Part shown: in pieces, positions 12,798-23,047 of the stretch
Layout: every line of letters starts with the position of its first letter
How positions within the stretch are numbered: position 1 is the first letter of the stretch
NCBI GenBank assembly: GCA_950097015.1
Contig: CATNEN010000029.1
Location: forward strand, 6,448,001 to 6,512,000
DNA from: Macrostomum hystrix
Taxonomy: Eukaryota > Animalia > Platyhelminthes
Reading direction: 5' to 3'
Length of the DNA stretch: 64,000 nucleotides
Notes under the pieces: generated by a model
Databases searched by the model: none
What the model saw: only the letters and a program-made list of their open reading frames with translations
What the model was told of the DNA's origin: nothing
Made by a program: the position numbers and the translations under genes

Positions 12798-15700
12798 ACC
12801 AGACAACGATGGTTGGCTCCGGCGTCTCAGCTCGGATGTCTCAGCCTCCCTCAGCGCCTGTTTCGAGTCCGCTAAGAGGCAAAAAAGCGAAAAAGGTATA
12901 CTCAAGCCGAGAGGTTTCAGTTGTTGTTAATGTCAGAGGTTGAGTACATAGATGAGAATAGTGAACAGAGAGCTCTGAGCAGTAATGCTTTTGCCCTTGG
13001 TACCGACGTCCCGAGCTCGAATCCGCACAGCCAGGCCACACACATTTGCGGCTTGTCGCCATTGAGGGTCAACCCACAAGGCACAGTGAGAGTGCGTGTG
13101 TGAGCTCGAGTTATGGAGTCATTGGAAAGGGCAGAACTGCCTCCTCGCAGGCTCCGGGCCTAGTGTCACAAAATGATGGGGCCCGTAGCCCTCCAGCCAA
13201 AATTGGCATCAGCTAGCAGCCAGAATTCTGAATTACCCAGAATTCTGCCCAGTCCAATCGATGGAACGCTGTTACCTGAAAGTTAAAAATGTGCAGAGAA
13301 ATACGAAATTCTCGTCAGCAATGAGCACACAACTCAACCGTTGGAAGAACTCACGCTTCACTGGCAACTTGCGCAGCTGATTCGCGATCTCTTCCCTCGC
13401 TTCCTGGCTGATCAGAGAAGAATTCGCCGATGTCATCGGAGACACTGGAGTCGCCGACGAAATGGTGGCCGCGTCCAAGGTGCTCGCCGACTCGTTGGAT
13501 GGCGGAGCCGCGGAGTTGTGGACCTTGCTGAGAGCTGCCGCTGCGGGGAAGCGAATAGCAGACATCGATTTTATCATACATCGGAAAATCGAAAAAAATG
13601 ATCTCGGAAATCAAGCATCAGATTTAATACGGAAATATTTTTCGTATAAGTCATATCGATAACCTGATATTAAAAATTTATATTCAGATATAGAAAATCG
13701 ATAATCAGATATAGAAAATCAATATTCAGAGAAGGAAAATTGATAATCAGATCTGGAAAATCGATAATCAGATATAGAGAATCGATAATCAGATACGGAA
13801 AATCGATAATCAGATACGGAAAATCGATAATCAGATACGGAAAATTGATAATCAGATCTGGAAAATCGATAATCAGATACGGAAAATTGATAATCAGATA
13901 CGGAAAATTGATAATCAGAACTAGAAAATCGATAATCAGATATAGAAAATCGATAATCAGATACTGCAAATCGATAATCACACACTGAAAGTCTATAATA
14001 GCATATCTAATATCCGAGGAATCGGATGTCAAAAATGGGTTGCAGATTTCTGAAATAGTCAAATCAGTGAGTATGAGCATGCACTCAAACCGCATTACCG
14101 TTCTCCATGGCCAGTCGCCTCATGCTGGTCTCCGTGGCTGTCTTGAGCTTCCAGCGCACCGCGTAGGACCGAATGTTGTCTGCAATTGGAGCGCGCGAGA
14201 ATTCGAATGCGCTTTCGATGCTACTGCTGCTGTCTCGCCCCAGTAGGTAAATGAGAACATCGTTTTAGTGATATGCTTTAAAAGGAATCTAATTTTTTAC
14301 TGAAATCCAAAATTTCCTAAAATCCTAAATTTCCTAAAATCATAAATTTCATAAAATCCTAAATTTCCTAAAATCCTAAATTGCATAAAATCCTAAATTT
14401 CATAAAATCCTAAATTTCCTAAAAATCCTAAATTTCATAAAATCCTAAACTGCATAAAATCCTAAATTTCATAAATTCCTAAACTGCATAAAATCCTAAA
14501 TTTCCTAAAAATCCTAAATTGCAAAAAATCACAAATTTACTGAAATCCTAAATTTCCTAAAATCCCGAAACTTCTGAAATCACAAATTTCCTAATATACC
14601 AATGTTTCTAAAAATCCCAATTTCCATGAAATCATCATTCTCTAGTTCCTATGTCACGAAAGGCCAAAGGTGACGTACCGAAAGTTCGTATAGGTATGGG
14701 AGGCTGCATCAACTTGGGAATGATTTCAAAGCCCATGAGCTCCTCAACACGAGACCAGCGCTGGATTCGCTCCTGAATGTCCAGCTTGACATTGTCAGCG
14801 AAGTCTCTGGAGGCGAGTGATTTTGAGCAACACGATGAACACCAAAAATGCTAATATTATAGCATTCATAAAATTTACTTAGCCGTGACAATCTCCTGCT
14901 CGACGTGGTTGATCATATCAGTAAGATTGAATGCGCTGCGGAAAATGCCCAGAACCGTGTACTGCTTGCGGAGCAGCTTCTGCAACTGGAGCGTTCGGGT
15001 GCGGGAATCGAAGATAATATGTCAGGAATCGAAGATAATATATTAGGAATCGAAGATAATATGTCAGGAATCTAAGATAATATGTTAGGAATCGAAGAAA
15101 ATATGTCAGGAATCGAAGATAATATGTCAGGAATCGAAGATAATATGTTAGGAATCGAAGATAATATGTTAGGAATCGAAGATAATATGTTAGGAATCGA
15201 AGATAATATGTCAGGAATCGAAGATAATATGTCAGGAATCGAAGATATTCGGAATCGAAGATAGGATTACGGGAATCGAAGATAGGATTATAGGAATCGA
15301 AGATAGGATTATAGGAATCGAAGATAGGATTATAGGAATCGAAGATAGGATTATGGGACTCAAGAATAGGGTTACGGTAATCGAAGATAGGATTATGTAA
15401 ATCGAATATATGTTTATGGGAATCGAAGATAGAATATCGGGAATCGAAGATAGGATCACGGTAATCGAAGATAGGATTATAGGAATCGAAGATAGGATTA
15501 TAGGAATCGAAGATAGGATTATGGGACTCAAGAATAGGATTACGGTAATCGAAGATAGGATTATAGGAATCGAAGATTAAGGGAATCGAATATAGAATTA
15601 TGGTAATCGAATATACAATTACGGGAATCGAAGATAGGATTATGGAAATCGAATATATGTTTATGGGAATCGAAGATAGAATTACGGGAATCGAAGATAG

Positions 15701-17749
15701 GATAATGGGAATCGGGGATAGCATTATAGGAATCGAAGATAGGATTATGGGAATCGGATATAGGATTACGGGAATCGAGGCAAGGATTACGGGAATCGCA
15801 GATAGAATTATGGGTATCGAAGACAGGTTAGTGGCAGTCGGAATGAGAGTTCAGAAGGAGCACGCACAGACTCGGAGGCCCTGGCCAGCTGTTCCTCAGC
15901 TTTGAGTCGATTGCCTGAGCAGTATCGCAGTTCGGTCTCGTAGCACAGGCGCAGCAGGTGCAACAGCTCAGCCGAGGCGGGCGGCCCCGCGCCGCTTCTC
16001 CTAACACTTCTGCCGGCGCCACCATTGCCACCGCCGTCGCCAGAGGAGTCGCTAGACGGACCCGAAGAGGAGGCGGCCTGCTCTAGCAGTGCGCGCACGT
16101 GGACCAGCTCCTGTTCGGCCAGGGCCAGCTGGGTAGCCGCATCGCCGTCTTCAACGCTACGCCGACGCTCGTTAGAGAGGCGCCAGGCCCGGTCCTGCGG
16201 AGGGATGGACATGAAATGTTAGGGAGAAGGAGTGAAGGAATTAAGGGGCAGTCTGACCTTCAGTCTAGCAATTTCTCGCTTGTAGGCCTCCTCCAATCGC
16301 AGCTTCTCCTCGGCCGCTTTAGCGCTCTGCTGCTCAGCGCTGGCCAGCCTGAGATTCGGCATTAGTGTTAAAGACAGTTGTTTATTGAGAACGTGAAATA
16401 ACGACGTCCTACCCCTACTGTCATCTGATTGGCTAGAGCTTCCAACCCTTAAATTGGCTAGTGCTTCCATATCCTCTAATGGGTTAGAGATTCTAACGCT
16501 CTAATTGGCTAGTGCTTCCAACCCTCGAATTGGCTAGTGCTTCCCTACCCCCTCATGGGTTAGAGATTCTAACGCTCTAATTGGCTAGTGCTTACAACCC
16601 TCGAATTGGCTAGTGCTTCCCTACCCTCTCATTGGTTAGAGATTCTAATCCTCTAAGTGGCTGGAGCTTCCCTACCCTATCGAAATTCGAACACTATAAG
16701 TGGCTAGATCTTCCAACCCTCTGATTGGCTAAAGCTTCCCTACTCTCTGATTGGCTAGATATTCTAAACACTCTTATTGGCTTTAGTTGCTAGAGAATCA
16801 GGCTTCACTTCTCCTGTAGGTCGGCAAGCGATTTCTCCGCGTGCACGAGGTAGCTGGACCGACCGGCAAACACGCGCCGGTGGTCCTCGAAGAATTTCTT
16901 CTGCACACAGACCAGCCAAATGCCGCCAAGTCCGAGGAAGCCCAGAGTGGCTAGGAACAGGTGCTGCACCGATGTGGTCGGCCCTTGTGAAGCAGGTGGC
17001 AGCCAATCAGAATTCAATCAGAGAATTCAATGCCAAAAATATGTGTGTTTTTGGAATATCACCTGCATAAACACAAGAATATCACCTGATTAATACAACA
17101 AAAGCTGTATTAATCACTGCAATTCACTAAGTGCCGAGTCCCACAAAGAGCACAAGCATGGCAGAGGCTGCGGCTCACTTAGGTTTGGGCCGAACAGTAG
17201 CAACTCCGTAGCCCGTGCGGCCAGGCGCCGCCGCTCAGCCGAATTTAGGCCGACCAGCAGCGGCGCCGTCGCCGGTGCATCCGGCTCAGTCAGCAGCGGC
17301 AGCAGGAGTCCGGAGACGCCCCGGCTGATTGGCAGTCGCCGACGCCGGGCAGTCGATGGCGCAAGGAGGTGCGGCTCCGCCCAGCGGCCCACCTGCTCCG
17401 GAGTCCAGGCGGCTGCGATAGATCCGCGCCAGGAGCGCCAGAGCCGCCCGGCGCCGTCCGGATCGCCGATGAGTCGCCGAACGGGGTCGGGCAGGCCGGG
17501 TGGTCGGCGGGCACAGGCGGCCCGGAGAAGGTCCTCGTCCGACCAGGCCGACCGGACGTCCTCCAGCTGAGCGTGGAGGCGTGCCACCGCTTCTCTGGCT
17601 GAGCCAATCTGCTGAAGGCTCTCGTTATTGGCGGCATTCGCTGCCGCCACTCGAAGTGGCAGATTTCGCTCCTCAACTAGATTCGGCTTTTCCGCTAGAA
17701 GCGGCACCACCACCAGCAGCAGCAGCAGCAGCAGATTGGAAATATGCAT
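12208..17749 (-). CDS. STIM: Stromal interaction molecule (STIM)-like protein, divergent; exons 17179-17749, 16809-16983, 16258-16348, 15868-16194, 14879-14985, 14679-14806, 14099-14179, 13355-13540, (13237-13275 optional), 12703-12871, 12208-12595
   Basis: Signal peptide; EF/SAM region (LWRSW..AWTPEQVGRW..RRRLAARATELLLFGP vs STIM1 LWKAW..NWTVDEVVQW..RQKLQLKALDTVLFGP); TM LFLATLGFLGLGGIWLVCVQ; coiled coil AEKSLADLQEK; CAD/SOAR-like LLRLCYETELRY..AEEQL..KQYTVLGIF..EQEIVTAK..QERIQRWSRVEELMGFEII; polybasic C-terminus RKRRSVKLLKYFSPVSGSKSK. All intron phases are consistent. The C-terminal low-complexity exons are less certain. Confidence 0.85.
12970..13105 (+). mobile_element. tRNA-derived SINE, family B, copy in a STIM intron
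   Basis: B-box-like GAGCTCGAATCC and downstream CCACAAGGCACAGTGAG are shared with minus-strand copies near 24545-24655, 36400-36545, 44365-44420 and 45890-45990. Confidence 0.65.
13690..13985. repeat. 21-bp minisatellite (GAAAATCGATAATCAGATA(C/T)(G/A))n in a STIM intron
   Basis: About 14 copies. Confidence 0.92.
14310..14620. repeat. ~17-bp AT-rich minisatellite (AAATCCTAAATTTC(C/A)TA)n in a STIM intron
   Basis: Degenerate direct periodicity. Confidence 0.88.
15003..15820. repeat. 21-bp minisatellite with two subtypes (GGAATCGAAGATAATATGT(C/T)A, then GGAATCGAAGATAGGATTATA) in a STIM intron
   Basis: About 39 copies; the subtype switches near 15250. Confidence 0.93.
16425..16790. repeat. Degenerate 25-bp minisatellite carrying ATTGGCTAG (CCAAT box on the minus strand) in STIM intron 2
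   Basis: Units like CTGATTGGCTAGAGCTTCCAACCCT, about 14 copies. Confidence 0.82.
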
Positions 17750-17811
17750 TGCGCAGATATTCAAGCTAGGAGAGAATTTTAATTACATTGAATATTAATT
17801 GCTGCATGACG

Positions 17812-18472
17812 CAAGCTGTTGGGCCATACTCTCGTACGATTCTAGCTGTTGGGCCATACTCTCGTACGATTCTAGCTGTTGGGCCATACTCTCGTACGAT
17901 TCTAGCTGTTGGGCCATACTCTCGTACGATTCTAGCTGATGGGCCATACTCTCGTACGATTCTAGCTGTTGGGCCATACTCTCGTACGATTCTAGCTGTT
18001 GGGCCATACTCTCGTACGATTCTAGATGATGGGCCATACTCTCGTACGATTCTAGCTGTTGGGCCATACTCTCGTACGATTCTAGCTGTTGGGCCATACT
18101 CTCGTACGATTCTAGCTGATGGGTCATACTCTCGTACGATTCTAGCTGATGGGCCATACTCTCGTACGATTCTAGCTGTTGGGTCCTGCTGCGATTCTAG
18201 CTGTTGGGTCCTGCTGCGATTCTAGCTGTTGGGTCCTGCTGCGATTCTAGCTGTTGGGTCCTGCTGCGATTCTAGCTGTTGGGTCCTGCTGCGATTCTAG
18301 CTGTTGGGTCCTGCTGCGATTCTAGCTGTTGGGTCCTGCTGCGATTCTAGCTGTTGGATCTTGCTACGATTCTAGCTGTTGGGTCCTGCTGCGATTCTAG
18401 CTGTTGGGTCCTGCTGCGATTCTAGCTGTTGGGTCCTGCTGCGATTCTAGCTGTTGGATCTTGCTACGATTC
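17812..18472. repeat. Compound minisatellite: 30-bp unit (CTAGCTGTTGGGCCATACTCTCGTACGATT) x~12, then 25-bp unit (GATTCTAGCTGTTGGGTCCTGCTGC) x~12
   Basis: Direct periodicity. The two units share GATTCTAGCTGTTGGG. Confidence 0.95.
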
Positions 18473-19261
18473 TCTCTGTTCTGGCTTTTCGGGCCTGGTT
18501 CGATTTAAACGCGGCTTCTACTGAGAATAAAGCTGGTGATTTTTTCAATCAATAAATACATGCTTAGCGGCGAATCAGCAATAAAAATACGTGTAGTAGT
18601 TTACCTGTGACTCGGAGACAAATAACTTGAATAAAAATCAGAAGCTATATGCAAATAATTAGTCGTCTAAAGATGCTACATTGAACAGGCTTGCACTTGT
18701 AGCAGTCAACAGACGTAGCATAGAAATCAATTATTTTTTGGCGGCAATCATTCCCTCCATGTTTCACCGATCGATCAAATCAATATAAAGAATCAGTTGG
18801 CAATTAACAGCTACAATTTAATAGAATCTGCATTATTTCTTAATGGTGACTGCAGTTGGTTACTAGGATTTGACATTTTCAACAGTCACAGTTGACAGCT
18901 AACGGCCGTCTACCGCGGTCTGTTCGTACCTGAGCTGAGAATCTGCCACTAACATGACCAGAGATAACTAAAAAATAAATATGACAAACTCGATTGATTT
19001 TTAATCAAAAGTATTAATGAAATACGTCGCGCAAGGTTAAGATTACCAATGCAAAAATGCATTGCGCAATGAATAGCGACCTCTTTCTTGATTTATTCAT
19101 TGATTTAACAATGCGCCTCAATAGCTTAGAATCCATACAATAAAATGCATGCACAATGTATGACTTTCTTTAGGAAAAAATATATCAGCTCAACTTCAGA
19201 ACAATACAAACTAGATTATAGCGATGCTAATCCTGATAGCAAACTGGTGCCTACACTTCTG

Positions 19262-20222
19262 TCTGTCACCAAATATTTGGGTAGGACAGGTAATGTGTCA
19301 CCGAATATTTGGGTAGGACAGGTAATGTGTCACCGAATATTTGGGTAGGACAGGTAATGCGTCACTAATTGATTGGGGAGGATAGGTAATGTGTCACTAA
19401 TTGATTGGGTAGGACAGGTAATGTGTCACTAATTGATTGGGTAGGACAGGTAATGTGTCACTAATTGATTGGGTAGGATAGGTAATGTGTCACTAATTGA
19501 TTGGGTAGGACAGGTAATGTGTCACTAATTGATTGGGTAGGACAGGTAATGTGTCACTAATTGATTGGGTAGGACAGGTAATGTGTCACTAATTGATTGG
19601 GTAGGACAGGTAATGTGTCACTAATTGATTGGGTAGGACAGGTAATGTTTCACTAATTGATTGGGTAGGATAGCTAATGTGTCACTAATTGATTGGGGAG
19701 GACAGCTAATGTGTCACTAATTGATTGGTAGGACAGGTAATGTGTCACTAATTGATTGGGTAGGATAGCTAATGTGTCACTAATTGATTGGTAGGACAGG
19801 TAATGTGTCACTAATTGATTGGGTAGGACAGGTAATGTGTCACTAATTGATTGGGTAGGATAGGTAATGTGTCACTAATTGATTGGGTAGGACAGGTAAT
19901 GTTTCACTAATTGATTGGGTAGGATAGCTAATGTGTCACTAATTGATTGGGGAGGACAGCTAATGTGTCACTAATTGATTGGTAGGACAGGTAATGTGTC
20001 ACTAATTGATTGGGTAGGATAGCTAATGTGTCACTAATTGATTGGTAGGACAGGTAATGTGTCACTAATTGATTGGGTAGGACAGGTAATGTGTCACTAA
20101 TTGATTGGGTAGGACAGGTAATGTGTCACTAATTGATTGGGTAGGACAGGTAATGTGTCACTAATTGATTGGGTAGGACAGGTAATGTGTCACTAATTGA
20201 TTGGGTAGGACAGGTAATATGC
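19262..20222. repeat. 32-bp minisatellite (GGTAGGACAGGTAATGTGTCACTAATTGATTG)n, ~30 copies
   Basis: Direct periodicity. Confidence 0.96.
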
Positions 20223-20347
20223 CACTGAATGATTGGGGAAGGTAGGTTATGTCCCAGTGAAGGACAGGGAAGCCACAGCTATACAAACACTGAATTGAAT
20301 TACCCTGCAATTCTGCGGTTAGAGAACAGAATCTATATAATATTTGG

Positions 20348-21238
20348 TCAGTTATCATCTAATTCAGCCTTTCGCTTCCTGCTCTGCGGCAGTAGTGTGC
20401 TCGGATGCGGAAGAACTGCTCGGCCCGCTTTATTTTTTTGCTTTTTCGTCACCTTCTGCTGCTGCTGGTCATACTCTAGACTATCATTAATGTGATTTTG
20501 TTTCTTGCGCTTCTTCTGTTGCTGCTGCTGTTGCTGACCGCGCTGCCAAGCATCGTCATCCCTGTTCTTTTTCTTGTTCTTCTTATACGGTTGCTGCTGC
20601 TCTTCTAGCTGCTGCTGCTGCCATTTCTTCTTCAGTTTTCTCATCCGCTTTCGCTGCTGCATCATTTGTCGATTGGCCTCGTCGTCTTCGTCATGGCCGG
20701 CGTCCTGACCAGGCTGCAGTTCGCCCTCTTCGGGCGACTCCTCGGCAGCGGCTGCAGCGGCAGAATTCTCCTCTACTTGCAGTCGCCGCCTTCGATCGCG
20801 CTTAGTCTCAAAGCCTCTGCGAATGCTGGAAGCAAAGCCGGCCGCAGACGAATTGTTCTGCCTCTGCAGCTGCATCTGCTCGGCGCTGACTGTGGCATTG
20901 GCTTCAGCTTCCAGCTCGGCGGCGGCGGCTCCAGTTCCAGCAGCCGCCGAGCACATCAACCGTTCAACAGTCGGATTGAAGCCGCCGAAGGAGACCCGAC
21001 CCCAGGAGGCCGGCAGCAGTGCTGGTCCGTCCAGAGCGCCGCAGGGTAAATAATCCGGCTGGGTCTGTACCCCGGACAGCGGCGGCGGCTTTGGGAGGCC
21101 GGCGAGCAGCTCGGCACTATAGCGCCATTCCTCCGAGGTGATGACGCGGTCAGCCAGGCTCTGCTGCTTCTCAACCTCCAAGGCGCTGCGCTGCATGAAC
21201 TTCATGCGCAGCAGATTCTTTGAGAGGCCGCGCTTCAT
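20348..21238 (-). CDS. MPHOSPH6: M-phase phosphoprotein 6 (nuclear exosome cofactor MPP6) with a long K/Q-rich C-terminal extension; single exon
   Basis: N-terminal LSKNLLRMKFMQR and internal GRVSFGGFNPTVERLM are the two hallmark MPP6 motifs. Confidence 0.9.
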   Translation of the reverse strand: MKRGLSKNLLRMKFMQRSALEVEKQQSLADRVITSEEWRYSAELLAGLPKPPPLSGVQTQPDYLPCGALDGPALLPASWGRVSFGGFNPTVERLMCSAAAGTGAAAAELEAEANATVSAEQMQLQRQNNSSAAGFASSIRRGFETKRDRRRRLQVEENSAAAAAAEESPEEGELQPGQDAGHDEDDEANRQMMQQRKRMRKLKKKWQQQQLEEQQQPYKKNKKKNRDDDAWQRGQQQQQQQKKRKKQNHINDSLEYDQQQQKVTKKQKNKAGRAVLPHPSTLLPQSRKRKAELDDN

Positions 21239-21357
21239 TTTGATTTGTGACTGTCTGCGAAGGGAACAGTGGGCAGAGCTGCACTTTATGAATCACAGCA
21301 TCGCATTCAGGAATAGTGAACTGATCAACAAATGCTGCCTGTTACACTATAATAGAA

Positions 21358-21672
21358 TCCCAATTTGATCTAACAATCCCAATTTGATCTAAGAATCCCA
21401 ATTTGATCTAAGAATCCCGATTTGATCTAAGAATCCCAATTTGATCGAAGAATCCCGATTTGATCTAACAATCCCGATTTGATCTAAGAATCCTAAAATG
21501 ATCTAAGAATCCCAAAATGATGCAAGAATCTAAATATGATCGAAGAATCCCAATTAGATTTAAGAATCCTAATTTGATCTAAAAATCCGAATTTGATCTA
21601 AGAATCCTAATTTAATCTAAGAATCCTAATTTCATCGAAGAATCCCAATTTCATCGAAGAATCCCAATTTGA
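21358..21672. repeat. 19-bp minisatellite (AAGAATCCCAATTTGATCT)n
   Basis: About 16 copies. Confidence 0.92.
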
Positions 21673-22059
21673 GCTGTGATTTTATAATCCCCCAAAATTC
21701 TCTTAAATTTAAATAAAACAATGAGAAGACAGGCGACAAAATCTCGGCAAAGTTTACAATTTTATTTAAGCAACGCTAATGACAATTTATTAGCGTATCA
21801 AAAATAAATGTGCGATACAAACTACTAAGAGTCCCTAGCAATGCCAGACGTCATAACATATCGGATAACAAATAAAAATATGATACATTGTGGCTTACAA
21901 ATTATCTGTACTGGCATCAGATAGGACCAACCATGGAAGACGGTCGGAGCATCACTAGTGCCCGGGGGATAACAGTTTATAAGTATTCTCTGCGAGATTA
22001 ATGCAATTATATGTACATTAATAAGCATCTGTAATGACCTTGTAATGATCTGATTGGAG

Positions 22060-22730
22060 CCTGCACCCAGTGGCTAGAGCTTAGAATTTCTGAGTCCTGA
22101 CCGAGAGGTCGAAACTGTTTTCTTAAGCAAGACATTTAAACGCCCATCACTTCAGTACCTCCAGCTGTAAAACTGTTTAACAGTAGAACTACCAAGGGAG
22201 GATGTTTTGCTGCACCCGAACGGAGCAACTCAAGCACACGAAACTCAAGAACACGGGCCAACTTTTTGTTGCCTCTTTTGATACAAGAAGCAAGTCGGCA
22301 AGATCTTCAGACCATCGAGATATTCAATGGTTCTGGCCGAATGTCAGATTTTGACCCCTATACACATCAGTGCAGCCCTACCAGGCTTTTAAAATTGATC
22401 AGCATGTCACCGTAATGTGCCTGCATTATATCCGTCTTTGGTGTTCGCCTACCTTTATCTAGACGGACTTCTGGACCTTCAAGGGCTACAACAGGTAAAA
22501 CTAGGCCACTATGGACACCCTGACGCGAATTTCTCCAATTTCACTGATCATGCCAAAATATTAGGCGCAGCTCAACCACAGGACACCATCGCCCAGTCTG
22601 TCAACCAATTAGTCACCATTCAACACTGTTAGTAATTGGGCGCTGCCAAAAAAAGGTATTTTGGGAACCCTTGGTATAAAAACGGGCGGCAAAATTGCTT
22701 GGTAGTCCTACTGTTAATGGTATCCACGGA
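22060..22730 (+). mobile_element. 5' portion of a family-A SINE interrupted by the TTAA MITE
   Basis: GAGAGGTCG..TTAAGCAAGACATTT..CCAGCTGTAAA before the MITE and TTAATGGTATCC after it; the intact copy reads CAGCTGTTAAATGGGTACC. Confidence 0.6.
22181..22713. mobile_element. Non-autonomous DNA transposon (MITE), piggyBac-like, 533 bp
   Basis: TTAA at 22177-22180 and 22714-22717 flanks 16-bp TIRs CAGTAG(A/G)ACTACCAAG. A second, inverted copy lies at 61346-61940. Confidence 0.85.
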
Positions 22731-23047
22731 GGTAGAAAAGGGGCATGACCACTATAGAATACGGTAGGCCTACAATCATAATAGAAAACATGGCAATGCT
22801 TTCTTCCAATTGATAGAGACTGTATGAAGCATGCAGTGATAATAAGTCAAGCTCAATATAGCTCAGCGGAATAAGTGAATTTGTTCAAAACCAGATAGAA
22901 CGGAAGTTATTTAAAAAAGACACCAGTAACCTTCAGGAGAAAAGTTAGCAGAGGTTAGAGTACTAAATTCTAGAGAATATCACAGTGAAAACGTCAGTGT
23001 AGACTCTATATAGAATCTTTAGATAGTAGGAATTAGTAAGCCACCAA

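Noticed and set aside
14310-14620. Telomere-like repeats (TTAGG here; TTGGGA at 41755-43047)
   Set aside because: Periods are 17 and 16 bp with non-telomeric spacers, not tandem 5-6-mers.
13670-15905. ORFs of 80-270 aa within STIM introns
   Set aside because: Products of 21-bp repeats (period divisible by 3). Only the segments with STIM similarity were kept as exons.
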